A stretch of DNA of 64,000 bases from Methanobacteriota archaeon. GTDB taxonomy: Archaea > Thermoplasmatota > Poseidoniia > Poseidoniales > Thalassarchaeaceae. The stretch's first letter is position 1, and each line of letters starts with the position of its first letter. The notes under the pieces were generated by a model. The model saw only the letters and a program-made list of their open reading frames with translations. It ran no database searches and was not told the origin of the DNA. The position numbers and the translations under genes are program-made. This document shows, in pieces, positions 31,949 to 41,600 of the stretch. The stretch covers positions 17,938 through 81,937 of the forward strand of contig BPDA01000001.1 of NCBI GenBank assembly GCA_019654055.1, in the 5' to 3' direction.

Positions 31949-33187
31949 CTATCCCTCCATGGCTTCGTCGAACTGCTCCTCGAGGTGCCACGGCATCTCC
32001 TCGTAGACCTCGGTGAAGATGGTGTCAGCCCCCGGGTACGGGCCGCTGGCCATGTCCCCATATCCCACGGCCTCCTTGTACGCGCTGGTAACCTCTCCGT
32101 CGATTCTTTCCTCGAGATCGGCCTGCCGCTCTTCACTCCACTCTCCTATCTCGATTAGGTGGTCGCGAAGTCTCTCGACGGGGTCGCCCCCGGGCCATTT
32201 CTCGTGCTCGTCGCCCGGGCGGTACCGACTAGGGTCGTCGCTGCTGCTGTGTGCCCCGGCGCGGTACGTCAGCACCTCGATGTGAGTCGCCCCGGTGCCC
32301 GAGGCAGCGCGCTCCCGGGCCCACTTGGTGACCGCGTACAGAGCGAGAAAGTCGTTACCGTCGACCCTAATCGAGGGCAGCCCGTACGGCAGCCCCCTCG
32401 AGGCGAACTCGCCATCTCCGGTGGCGAAGTTCGCATGAGTGGATATCGCCCACTGGTTGTTCACGACGTTGAGTATGACGGGCGCCTTGAAGACACCAGC
32501 GAAGTTGAGGGCGTAGTGGTAGTCTCCCTCTGCGCTGGCACCGTCTCCAATCCAGGTGATGGTGACCTCGTCAAGGTCCTTGTACCGAGAGGCCATGGCT
32601 ACCCCCACGGCCTGACTGAACTGGGTTCCTACTGGGCTCGAGACCGAGATGAAGCGACCGTCCTTGTAGGAGTAGTGGACCGGCATCTGCCTGCCCTTGA
32701 TGTTGTCCTCAACGTTCCCTAGGCAGTGGCAGATCATGCTGACCATGTCACGTCCCCTGACAAACTGGGCGCCCGGCTGCCTATACGTCGGAAAGATCCA
32801 GTCCTGTTCCTCGAGTGCCATGGTCTGCGCTATTGCGACGCATTCCTCGCCGAACGAGCGCATGTAGAACGAGAGCTTCCCCGTCCTCTGGAGTTTCATC
32901 ATACGATCGTCGAAGATCCTCAGCCTGACCATGTGCTCGAGCCCCTCGCGTAGCTCGTCGGCGCTGAGCCCGGGATCCCATGCTCCTGTTGCTTTGTTGT
33001 CGTCACCTAGGACCCTGACTAGGCCATCGGCATGCGCGGATGTCTCTTCCGCTTCGCACTTGGCGGGGTCAGGACGATCTAGATCCCCTGGCTTCCATGG
33101 CCAAGACTCGAAGGTGGACTCCTCGCCCGGCCTGAAGGGAGCGTCAGGTATGCTTAGTCCGGACTTCTTCTTCTCCTTGCGCGCCAT
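31949..33187 (-). CDS. bkdA1: Branched-chain 2-oxoacid dehydrogenase E1 alpha
   Basis: QRTGKLSFY, KGRQMPVHY, GDGASAEG...NNQWAIS TPP motif, AHSSSDDP. Confidence 0.92.
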   Translation of the reverse strand: MARKEKKKSGLSIPDAPFRPGEESTFESWPWKPGDLDRPDPAKCEAEETSAHADGLVRVLGDDNKATGAWDPGLSADELREGLEHMVRLRIFDDRMMKLQRTGKLSFYMRSFGEECVAIAQTMALEEQDWIFPTYRQPGAQFVRGRDMVSMICHCLGNVEDNIKGRQMPVHYSYKDGRFISVSSPVGTQFSQAVGVAMASRYKDLDEVTITWIGDGASAEGDYHYALNFAGVFKAPVILNVVNNQWAISTHANFATGDGEFASRGLPYGLPSIRVDGNDFLALYAVTKWARERAASGTGATHIEVLTYRAGAHSSSDDPSRYRPGDEHEKWPGGDPVERLRDHLIEIGEWSEERQADLEERIDGEVTSAYKEAVGYGDMASGPYPGADTIFTEVYEEMPWHLEEQFDEAMEG

Positions 33188-33210
33188 CTAGAACCACCTT
33201 TCCTCGAGCA

Positions 33211-34125
33211 TCACGCCTGCCCTCCGAGCAGAACCGGCTGTCCTCCGTGGGATTCCTCCCACAATAGGCCCGCCCTGTAGCTTGAGCGCACCAGCGGTCC
33301 GCTGGCCACAGCATCGAAACCCATCTCGCGTGCGTCGCGGTCCCAACGTTGGAATTGGGCCGGCTCCGGGAACCTGTCAACCGGGAGGTGCCTGTCCCCT
33401 GGCTGTAGGTACTGTCCTAGGGTAATCATGCTGACCCCGGCCTCGCGCAGCATGCGCATGGCCTGCGTGACCTCCTCGTCAGTCTCTCCGAGACCGACCA
33501 TGATGCTGGATTTGATACGGATGTCCGGGCGCAGCCGGCGCGCCTCCCGGAGGACGGTCAGTGACTGCTCGAATGAGGCGCGCGGGTCGCGTACCACCGA
33601 ATCAAGCCGAGGAACGCACTCTACGTTGTGTGCGAACACCCTCAGGGGCAGGTCGTCGAGGAGTGCCGCCAGTGCATCGAGGTTACCGTCGAGATCGGAG
33701 CACAGCAGCTCCAAGCCGACCTCGGGACTGCGCTGGCTGACTGCGAGGATGCAGTCGCGATAGTGGCTGGCGCCCCCGTCCGACAGGTCATCCCGGTTGA
33801 CGACCGTGATGACCGCGTGACTGAGCCCCATCCTAGCAACGGCCTCAGCCAGTTCGTCGGGCTCGTTCGAATCCAGAGCAGGTGGGGCCTTGACAGTCCC
33901 GACGGCGCAGAATCTGCAGCCCCGGGTGCATACCTCGCCAGCGACCATGAACGTCGCGGTGCCCCTGCCCCAGCAGTCGTGCACGTTGGGGCACCTGGCC
34001 TCCTCGCACACCGTGTGCAACCCATGCTCGTGGACGTTGGAACTGGTCTCCAGGTAGCGAACTCTGGCAGCACCAGTCGGAAGCGTCGTAGCGAACCACT
34101 TGGGTAGACGCTTTCGCTTCGACAT
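33211..34125 (-). CDS. lipA: Lipoyl synthase
   Basis: TVCEEARCPNVHDCW, CTRGCRFC, FAHNVE, GQYLQP, PLVRSSY. Confidence 0.95.
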   Translation of the reverse strand: MSKRKRLPKWFATTLPTGAARVRYLETSSNVHEHGLHTVCEEARCPNVHDCWGRGTATFMVAGEVCTRGCRFCAVGTVKAPPALDSNEPDELAEAVARMGLSHAVITVVNRDDLSDGGASHYRDCILAVSQRSPEVGLELLCSDLDGNLDALAALLDDLPLRVFAHNVECVPRLDSVVRDPRASFEQSLTVLREARRLRPDIRIKSSIMVGLGETDEEVTQAMRMLREAGVSMITLGQYLQPGDRHLPVDRFPEPAQFQRWDRDAREMGFDAVASGPLVRSSYRAGLLWEESHGGQPVLLGGQA

Positions 34126-34320
34126 GCGACGCTCCCGCGCACTCTCCCTAGACACTCCTCCGCAACCGCCGCCCGCCGCGGATTCGGGGTCGATGGTGGG
34201 CAGGTGCGTTGCCATCGCCCCATCGGAAGAACTCGCGCCGTTAATCATTCTCCTACGGAGAATCGCCCGGGATTGCGCGATACAACGGGTAATATCGGGA
34301 GTGGTCTTCGGCAAGGCGTG

Positions 34321-35072
34321 GTGAAGGGCGCGGTTCTGGTCACTGGGGGCGCTAGGCGCATAGGCAGGGCGATTTGCCTGCGTCTAGCCGCCGACGGCCA
34401 TCCCATCGTGGTGCACTATCGGCGTTCGGACGATGAGGCCGAAGGGCTGGTGGACACTATCCGGTCATCCGGAGGAACTGCGCTAGCCCTGCAATCAGAC
34501 TTGTCAGACGCCGCATCGGCGATTCCCTTGTCCAGCGGGCTGGGGGGGAATCCGCCTTAGGTGGCATCGTCAACAATGCCTCGATGTTCGTGCATGACGA
34601 CCTAGACAGCGTAGACACGGAATGCTGGGACGCTCACATGGATGTGAACGCAAGGTCCCCGATGCTGATGATTCGCGCCCTCAACCAGCAGCTCGATGAC
34701 GATGGCAGGGCATGTGTGGTGAACGTACTCGACCAGAAGATAGCCGAACCCAACCCCGATCACCTCTCCTACACGGCCTCGCGCTACGCCATGCTCGGCC
34801 TGACAGACGCGCTAGCCCGCGGCCTAGCCCCTCGCATACGCGTCAATGCCGTGGCGCCCGGCCACACTATGCCCAGCGACGACCAGAGCGAGGCCGGCTT
34901 CGCTAGGGCGCAATCCGACACTCCACTCGGGCGCGGACCCACTCCCGAGGACGTCGCAGACGCGGTGTCATACCTGATGGGCGCCGAGGCGGTGACTGGA
35001 CAGGTCCTGTTCGTGGACTCGGGCGAGAGGTTTCTGTCCCGGGCCAGGGATGTCCTGTTTGAGACGGAGTGA
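34321..35072 (+). CDS. Pteridine reductase / FolM-like SDR; frameshift near 34530-34560
   Basis: VLVTGGARRIG, VHYRRS, VNNAS, SYTASR, RVNAVAPG, VTGQVLFVDSG; adjacent to folB. Confidence 0.85.
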
Positions 35073-35076
35073 TTTC

Positions 35077-35475
35077 ATGACCAACCACAGCGAGGCACTG
35101 ATTCGGATGCTTGAGGAGTGCAAAGAAGCCTCATCGCTGTTCATGGAAGGTGTCGTGAGGGAGGTCGACGTCGGAATCCACTCTCATGAGATTGGCTCGC
35201 CGCAGAGAGTCAGGTTCGACATCCACATCATACTGGAGGATACTCAGGCAGGAGGGGACTCGATAGACGAAGTGCTCGACTACGAGTACCTAGTGGCCTC
35301 GCTGGACAGGGCGCTTGGAATGGGGCGCCCGGCCCTTCTGGAGACCTTGGCCACCAGGATAATCGACGAGGTCATCGCACCCTCCGAGGTCTCTGCGGCC
35401 TCGGTCAGTGCGACCAAGTTGGACGCATTGCCCGACGAAGGTAGGCTGGGATGCACTCTGACTCGCGTCAAGTGA
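35077..35475 (+). CDS. folB: Dihydroneopterin aldolase
   Basis: VGIHSHEIGSPQRVRFDI, DSIDEVLDY, LLETLA. Confidence 0.85.
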   Translation: MTNHSEALIRMLEECKEASSLFMEGVVREVDVGIHSHEIGSPQRVRFDIHIILEDTQAGGDSIDEVLDYEYLVASLDRALGMGRPALLETLATRIIDEVIAPSEVSAASVSATKLDALPDEGRLGCTLTRVK

Positions 35476-35476
35476 T

Positions 35477-35562
35477 TGGTGCAGAGGGCAGGATTCGAAC
35501 CTGCGAAGCGCTAAGCACCGGAGTTTAAGTCCGGCCCCTTTGACCAACTCGGGTACCTCTGC
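35477..35562 (-). tRNA. tRNA-Leu(TAA) with encoded CCA
   Basis: Reverse complement GCAGAGG-TACCCGAGTTGGTCAAAGGGG-CCGGA-CTTAAAC-TCCGG-long variable arm-GCAGGTTCGAATCCTGC-CCTCTGC-ACCA; all stems pair. Confidence 0.96.
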
Positions 35563-35679
35563 GGACCCCCAGCGGGGCCATCCTCACTTGAACCGAGCGC
35601 ACGCAGCAGTGTCACAACTGATACATCTCGTACCCTTGGGGTACGAACGCTTTAACGCCACTCTTACGGCGGAAACAGC

Positions 35680-38613
35680 GTGCAGGCTAGCAGCACGACG
35701 AATAGCGGTCGCGGCCATTTCAGGCTGGCCATTGCCTTGACTATGGTGATTCTGGCCCCCATCTGCCTATCCCTGGCCCCTGCTTCGGAATTGCGCTCGA
35801 TTGAGCCCATGTCAGCCGACGACGACGTCGAATTGAAGCTCTACACCCTGTACATCTCCTCGCAGAACACCTCGGCCGGCGGTGACGGTCACATCACCAC
35901 GGAGGTCCCCGAGTCAGGGGGCCAGGACAGCTCAAGTGCTCTGGACAGCGAAGTCGAGTTCCGCTCCAGCGACATGCTCTCCTCGCTAATCGTCTACGGC
36001 AGGTCACAGCACGGCAGCTCTAGTTCGTACTATCTCCCACTGGACATGTTCCTTCGGGCGACGGGCCCGAGTGGCTCCACGGTCGAGTGGTCGATTAGGC
36101 TGAAGGCCGGCGGCTCCGAGATCGGAACAGCGTCCTGGGATACCGACGCCTGCACGCAGAGCTTCACGAACAGCTGCAGCTTCGACCACGAGGAGTTCGA
36201 AATTGACCTCGGTGGCGACCAGTCGTTCACGGTCTCGAAGGATGAGAGAATGGAGATCACAGTCAGTGCCGAGATGTCGGGCTGTGACGGCGGCTCGATT
36301 CCAGGCGGCTCCAGTTGCGAGGCCGAAGTGGCTTGGAACGAGATTGACGACGAGAACAACAGGTACTCCCAACTTGAGGTTGAGGCGAATGCGATATCCA
36401 ATAGCATCGTCGTCCTCCAACGCGAGGGCGCCGAGCTGGCCGAGGGCGCCGAACTCGACTGGTACCCCAACGACATCCTCTCAGAGCGTGCCATGCAGTT
36501 CACCTTCGATGTCAAGAGTTCCTTCGGGCGCTACGACATCGAGTCTACCCGTCTGATTATGAGGGACCCGGACGGAGTCTACCGAATCGACCACATCATC
36601 AACGAGGATGATGAGGACATCGAGGACACCAGCCAAGGCATCTTTGGCGAGTACATCTGGACCTACCCGAGCGGCCTGCCTGCCGGGGAGTACTCGGTCG
36701 AACTGGAGATCACCGATATCCAGGGTAACGCCTTCTTGATTGAGCACGACCCGGTCGAGATGCACCAATGGGGAGTCTCGCTCAACCACCGCCTGAACAA
36801 GCTGACCGAGTACATCGCCCCCGGCGAGACTACTGCGATTCCCTTGCAGCTGGTGCACAAGGGGGACTCCACCAAGTCGATGGAGGTTGAGATGGAGGTT
36901 CTGACGAACCTAGGTAGCTCGTGGATTCTCGAGTTCGACTCACCGGGCGGCTACACTCTCAACGCTGGCGGCGATATACTCAACCCAATCCTCACACTCA
37001 CCGCGCCCGACGACCTGACAGGAACTCCCGAGGGCATAGAGATTAGGGCCGTGGCCGAGGCCGAGGTGGACAGCGTGCTGCAGGTGGTCGACCAGGACAT
37101 TCTGCAACTCGACCTCGAGAAGATCGACGTATACCAACCCCCAGAGGTCTCGGTCTGGAACGAGGAGCACGACGTCCAGATAGCGAACTCGACACGACCC
37201 GACGACTTCGACCAGACCGTCCCGAGGTACGTGGAGTATGAGGAGTTCACCCCGTTCCTGCTGGAGATATTCAACACTGGTTTCGATGCCGACACGTTCA
37301 GGGTCGATGTACTGCAGAGGGCCAAGTCGATTATCCAGATATACGACAACGACACCGGTGAGAGAATTCTCGAGGACGAGGGTGACGGGACCTTCCACAC
37401 AGCTCTTCTGGAGCGCCACTCGACGCAGGTACTACTGTTCAACGTCAAACCGTCCTCGGACAGGGACGACCCCGACATCGGCGAGATCGAGGTCGAGGTA
37501 ATCAGCAATGGCAACTCGTCCCTGCGTACGACGGTGGTCTTCACGATACAGAGGACCTTCGGCATCTACGCCGAGGTTTCGCAGGACTGCGACGGCTCCC
37601 CTCTGGGTCACATCAGGGTTTCACTTTGCTCACCCTCTTCTGGTAACGCTGTGGTCGACCTCAGGGTGAGGATAACCAACAGTATGACCAGCGGAGAGTC
37701 TGCCAGCTGGTGGAGGATACAGAACCCGGCGTCTCTAGAGGAGAACACAGACAGGGACCCGGCCTACGGACAGTGGCAGTTCATGGTGCTGGACGAGGAC
37801 GGCGACGCTGTTCCGAGGGTGTCCCTCGGTCCCGGCGACTTCACCGAGGTCTTCGTCACCGTGACCCTGACTAGCCAGGTTGTCGCAGGTAACCACACCG
37901 TCTACCTACGAATAATCGAGGACATAGATGACGACAATCCGAGGTACTTCGACCTCCCGATGGTGTTCGAGGTCGAGGCGGGTAATCCTAATCTGCAGAT
38001 AGTACAGGTCTCCCCCAACTACGAGCTGCTGCCCGGTGAGGCCTACTCGATCCAACTCAAGGTCAAGAACAACGGCAATGGACCGTTGACCGTACTTCTG
38101 GATGCAGAGGTCGAGGAGTCTGGCTGGAGCGTCGACATCGAGGGCCCCTCTGGATCCCCACTGATAGAGCTAGAAGCCTTCGAGGAGGCCACCTTCAACC
38201 TCGAGGTCAGCGTCCCTGATTCGGCGAACAACGGCGAACAGGTCCCCGTCCAGATTACCGCCACGCCCTTCGATACCGAACAGAGCTGGCCCGAGCAGTA
38301 CACCGCCGAGGCCACAGTGACGATGACAGTGGGAATCTCATCGCTGCTTGACATCCTGATCAACGAGATAACTCACCCACGCCTCTCCACCATGGCAATC
38401 AGCTTGGTCGGCATCCTGTTGCTGTTCGCTGGAATCCAGAGCAGGATGAACCGTCGCAGGTGGACTGCGCATCTGGCTTACCTTGAGTCACTGGGGGGCG
38501 ACGAAGATGAAGAGGGGGACGACGACGAGGACCCCGATTTACCCGCTCCAGTTACCTCCGTAGAGGAGGATGAGTCGGACGATTACGAGGACGACGAGAT
38601 CGAACTCGTCTGA
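35680..38613 (+). CDS. Large acidic cell-surface protein with Ig-like (NEW3/CARDB-like) repeats, C-terminal TM and acidic tail
   Basis: Signal-like N-terminus; repeated motifs (LVHKGD, IFNTGF, VKNNGN) and beta-rich segments; TM near residue 910; D/E-rich tail. Confidence 0.75.
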   Translation: MQASSTTNSGRGHFRLAIALTMVILAPICLSLAPASELRSIEPMSADDDVELKLYTLYISSQNTSAGGDGHITTEVPESGGQDSSSALDSEVEFRSSDMLSSLIVYGRSQHGSSSSYYLPLDMFLRATGPSGSTVEWSIRLKAGGSEIGTASWDTDACTQSFTNSCSFDHEEFEIDLGGDQSFTVSKDERMEITVSAEMSGCDGGSIPGGSSCEAEVAWNEIDDENNRYSQLEVEANAISNSIVVLQREGAELAEGAELDWYPNDILSERAMQFTFDVKSSFGRYDIESTRLIMRDPDGVYRIDHIINEDDEDIEDTSQGIFGEYIWTYPSGLPAGEYSVELEITDIQGNAFLIEHDPVEMHQWGVSLNHRLNKLTEYIAPGETTAIPLQLVHKGDSTKSMEVEMEVLTNLGSSWILEFDSPGGYTLNAGGDILNPILTLTAPDDLTGTPEGIEIRAVAEAEVDSVLQVVDQDILQLDLEKIDVYQPPEVSVWNEEHDVQIANSTRPDDFDQTVPRYVEYEEFTPFLLEIFNTGFDADTFRVDVLQRAKSIIQIYDNDTGERILEDEGDGTFHTALLERHSTQVLLFNVKPSSDRDDPDIGEIEVEVISNGNSSLRTTVVFTIQRTFGIYAEVSQDCDGSPLGHIRVSLCSPSSGNAVVDLRVRITNSMTSGESASWWRIQNPASLEENTDRDPAYGQWQFMVLDEDGDAVPRVSLGPGDFTEVFVTVTLTSQVVAGNHTVYLRIIEDIDDDNPRYFDLPMVFEVEAGNPNLQIVQVSPNYELLPGEAYSIQLKVKNNGNGPLTVLLDAEVEESGWSVDIEGPSGSPLIELEAFEEATFNLEVSVPDSANNGEQVPVQITATPFDTEQSWPEQYTAEATVTMTVGISSLLDILINEITHPRLSTMAISLVGILLLFAGIQSRMNRRRWTAHLAYLESLGGDEDEEGDDDEDPDLPAPVTSVEEDESDDYEDDEIELV

Positions 38614-38695
38614 GCCGGTGTGAATCGGTGTCCGAACGGCGCTCCATTCGTCTTAAGACCCGTACTTTCTGCCGTAGGCAGCAGAAGGCCTGAGC

Positions 38696-41600
38696 ATGCG
38701 CGCGGTTTCTGCACCCACATCGCTCTACGAGACGTCGCGCAAGCGCCGGTCGGCCCTGCTGTTCAGCGCCCTGCTACTACTGTCCTCCTACGCCGCCCTC
38801 GAGTTCGGTGCCTGGGAGGCCCGGGCCTCGACCGATGCCGATGGTGACGGCCTGACCTACGGGCTTGAGTTCTACATCAACACCCAGCCTCAGGATTGGG
38901 ACTCCGACAACGACGGCCTTCCGGACGGTTGGGAGTGGCAGTACGGCTTGGACCCCCTATCAGCCACGGGGGACAACGGCTCTACGGGAGACCCCGACGG
39001 GGACGCCTTCACCAACCTCAACGAGTACCAGTACGGCATACCGACAGGCTGGGATTCATCCTCTACCCCATCTGTACTCGACAACGGGGTCTGGTGGAAT
39101 GGTACCGTCCCCACGAGGAACTGGGACGAGGAGAGTGCCATGCAGATCATTCAGGGCACCGGCTCGGACGGTGCTGACGAGGACCCGATGGGCAATATCT
39201 GCAACGACCAGATGGACAACGACAAGGATGGCCTCGTCGACACATTCGACAACGACGGTGACGGCGACGCCGACTGTAGCAGCGACGACGATGACGGCGA
39301 CGGGCTAATCGATGAGGATCCCGATGGATGGGACACCGACGGGGATGGCATGCCGGACGCTTGGGAGGTCGCCAACAACCTCGACCCGACCTCGAACTCA
39401 AACATGGACGGTGCGTACGGCGACCCCGACGGAGACGGATTAGGAAACCTGTGGGAGTACGTCAACCCCGCCTGGGGGACTCGAAACGGCTCGACCAACC
39501 CACCCACGCAATACTTCCGACCGGGTCCATTCAACATGACCGGCACCGAGTCCCCATGCAACCCCGTGCTCGGCTTGGGCCCGGGCGGCTGCGTCATATT
39601 CACCGCCGAGGTCGACGGCATCACCCAGACCGACCCGAACAACAACGACACCGACGGCGACGGTCTGAATGACTCGTATGAGGCATTCGTGCTTCTCACC
39701 GACCCGACCGCCGTCGACACCGACGGCGACGGAATCTGGGACGGCGTCGAGGTGAACGGCTCGTATGGCGACCCTCCTCAAGCCAGTGACCCACGCAACA
39801 ACAACACCGACGGCGATCAGTTCGATGACGGCGAGGAGGACGTCAACGGCAATGGCATAGTGGACCTCGGAGAGACCGATCCGACTCGAATAGAGGACGC
39901 CGGCGACATGGACAACGACGGCATAGACAACTGGGAAGAGAACATGACATGCACGCTGTGGAACGTCTCCGACACCGATGGCGGAGGAATCAACGACGGC
40001 GACGAGTTGACGCTAGCTCATTCGACCGATCCATGCGTCTCCACGGAGGATGTCGTCAAGCAGATTATGGGGTGGGATTCATCGAACTCGATTCTCACCC
40101 TGAACACCACCACCGGGCTCGACCCGAACCCGGTTGACTGGAGGCAGCAGGGCGCTGCGATGGCCTACTATGTATCCTCGAATGGCAGCCTCACCGGCTT
40201 CAGGTACGAGTCTATCATCTCCGACACTTTACGCAATGTCGACACCGACAGACCGAGCGATGCCGACACAGTGGTGTTCCTCAACTTCTCGTGGTGCTGG
40301 AACGCCACCGCCGGCGCGATTAATGAGCCACACTGTGACGACGACTACTTCGATACCGATGGTGACGGCCTCGCCGACTGGGAGGAAGGCCTCGGGACAT
40401 GGGGCTACCTGTCTCTGCCCAACATGTCGGACACCGACGGCGATGGGGTGGACGACCTCAACGAGATACTCAACGAGACCGACCCGAGCATCGCCTGCCA
40501 CAACCTACTCGATAGCGACGGCGACGGTCTCAACAATTACTTCGAGAACACCACCGGGTGTCCTTTGATTTACGGTCTGGGAGGCAATGGCACCATCGAC
40601 ACCTACTACACCATGTGGAACGTCACAGACACCGACAATGGCGGTGTGGCCGACGGCAGGAGTACCTCGACGGGACCAACCCGCAGAACAACTCGGCCGA
40701 CGACCTGAACCCCGTCGACACCGACGGCGACGGTATCCCCGACACCATCGAGCAGCAGATTGGGACCGACTGGAGAGACCCCGACACCGACGGAGGGGGA
40801 GTGCCCGACGGGCAGGAGTGCCCCTCCAGAGTACTGGGACCTCGGCTGCCTAGATGCCGAGGGCAACCCGTGGGACCCCACCGACGATATCGACGAGAAC
40901 ATGCTGTACTTCGTCGCCGAGAACACCTCAGCCGGTGTGGACCCGGATCTGAGGCACTACTGGAGGTGGCATACCTACGACTACTACACTGGCGTGTCAT
41001 GGGGAGTCAACACCACGTTGGTCGGTTACACTCAGATGTTATTCGACTGGTCCACCACACAGGGAGTAGCCGACTCCAGCTTCTGGCAGGAGAACGAATC
41101 GCTGGATGGACCATACAGTACGACGAAGACGGCATCTTAGGTCCGGGTGACGAGCTGATAGCGCCCTACAACGCTGTGAACTTCACCAGTTGGATGGACA
41201 ACAACGCGGGCTGAACTTCTCGAACTTCACCCGCGACATCCTCATCGATCAATCGACCGTGGACACCCTGTATGTGACAGCCCCACAGGTCTTCTTCGGC
41301 CCGCAGATTATAGCCAACTCCACCTCGTTTTCAGGAAGCAGCTACGCCTACGATCTCCCCGACGATTTCCTCGGCAAGAGCAGTTATTTCGTCGAAGAAG
41401 TAACTCAGACGGTAATCAACGAATCCGGGGCTTTCAGCGCATGGGATAAGGTGCTGGCGATCCAGGACTACCTGATCAACGGCAACGCCAGCACCAACTT
41501 CACTCTGAACTACGACGGCTCGGGGAGGGTCGACGGACTCGATGAGGACAGCGATATCGCCCACTGGATACTCAACGGCTCGCAGGAGGGCAGCTGCGAC

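Noticed and set aside
5681-35072. Programmed frameshifting or pseudogenisation of carA, carB, lysS, pyrH, prf1, argS, dut, ubiX and others
   Set aside because: Too many essential genes are affected, mostly at short homopolymers with no shared slippery motif; sequencing error is more likely.
35477-35562. tRNA-Leu as integration site for the neighbouring bacterial-like genes
   Set aside because: No integrase, duplicated tRNA 3' end or compositional break was seen.
38830-40900. Recurring GACACCGACGGCGACGG as a CRISPR or DNA repeat array
   Set aside because: Irregular spacing and synonymous variation; these encode DTDGDG protein repeats. No cas genes seen.
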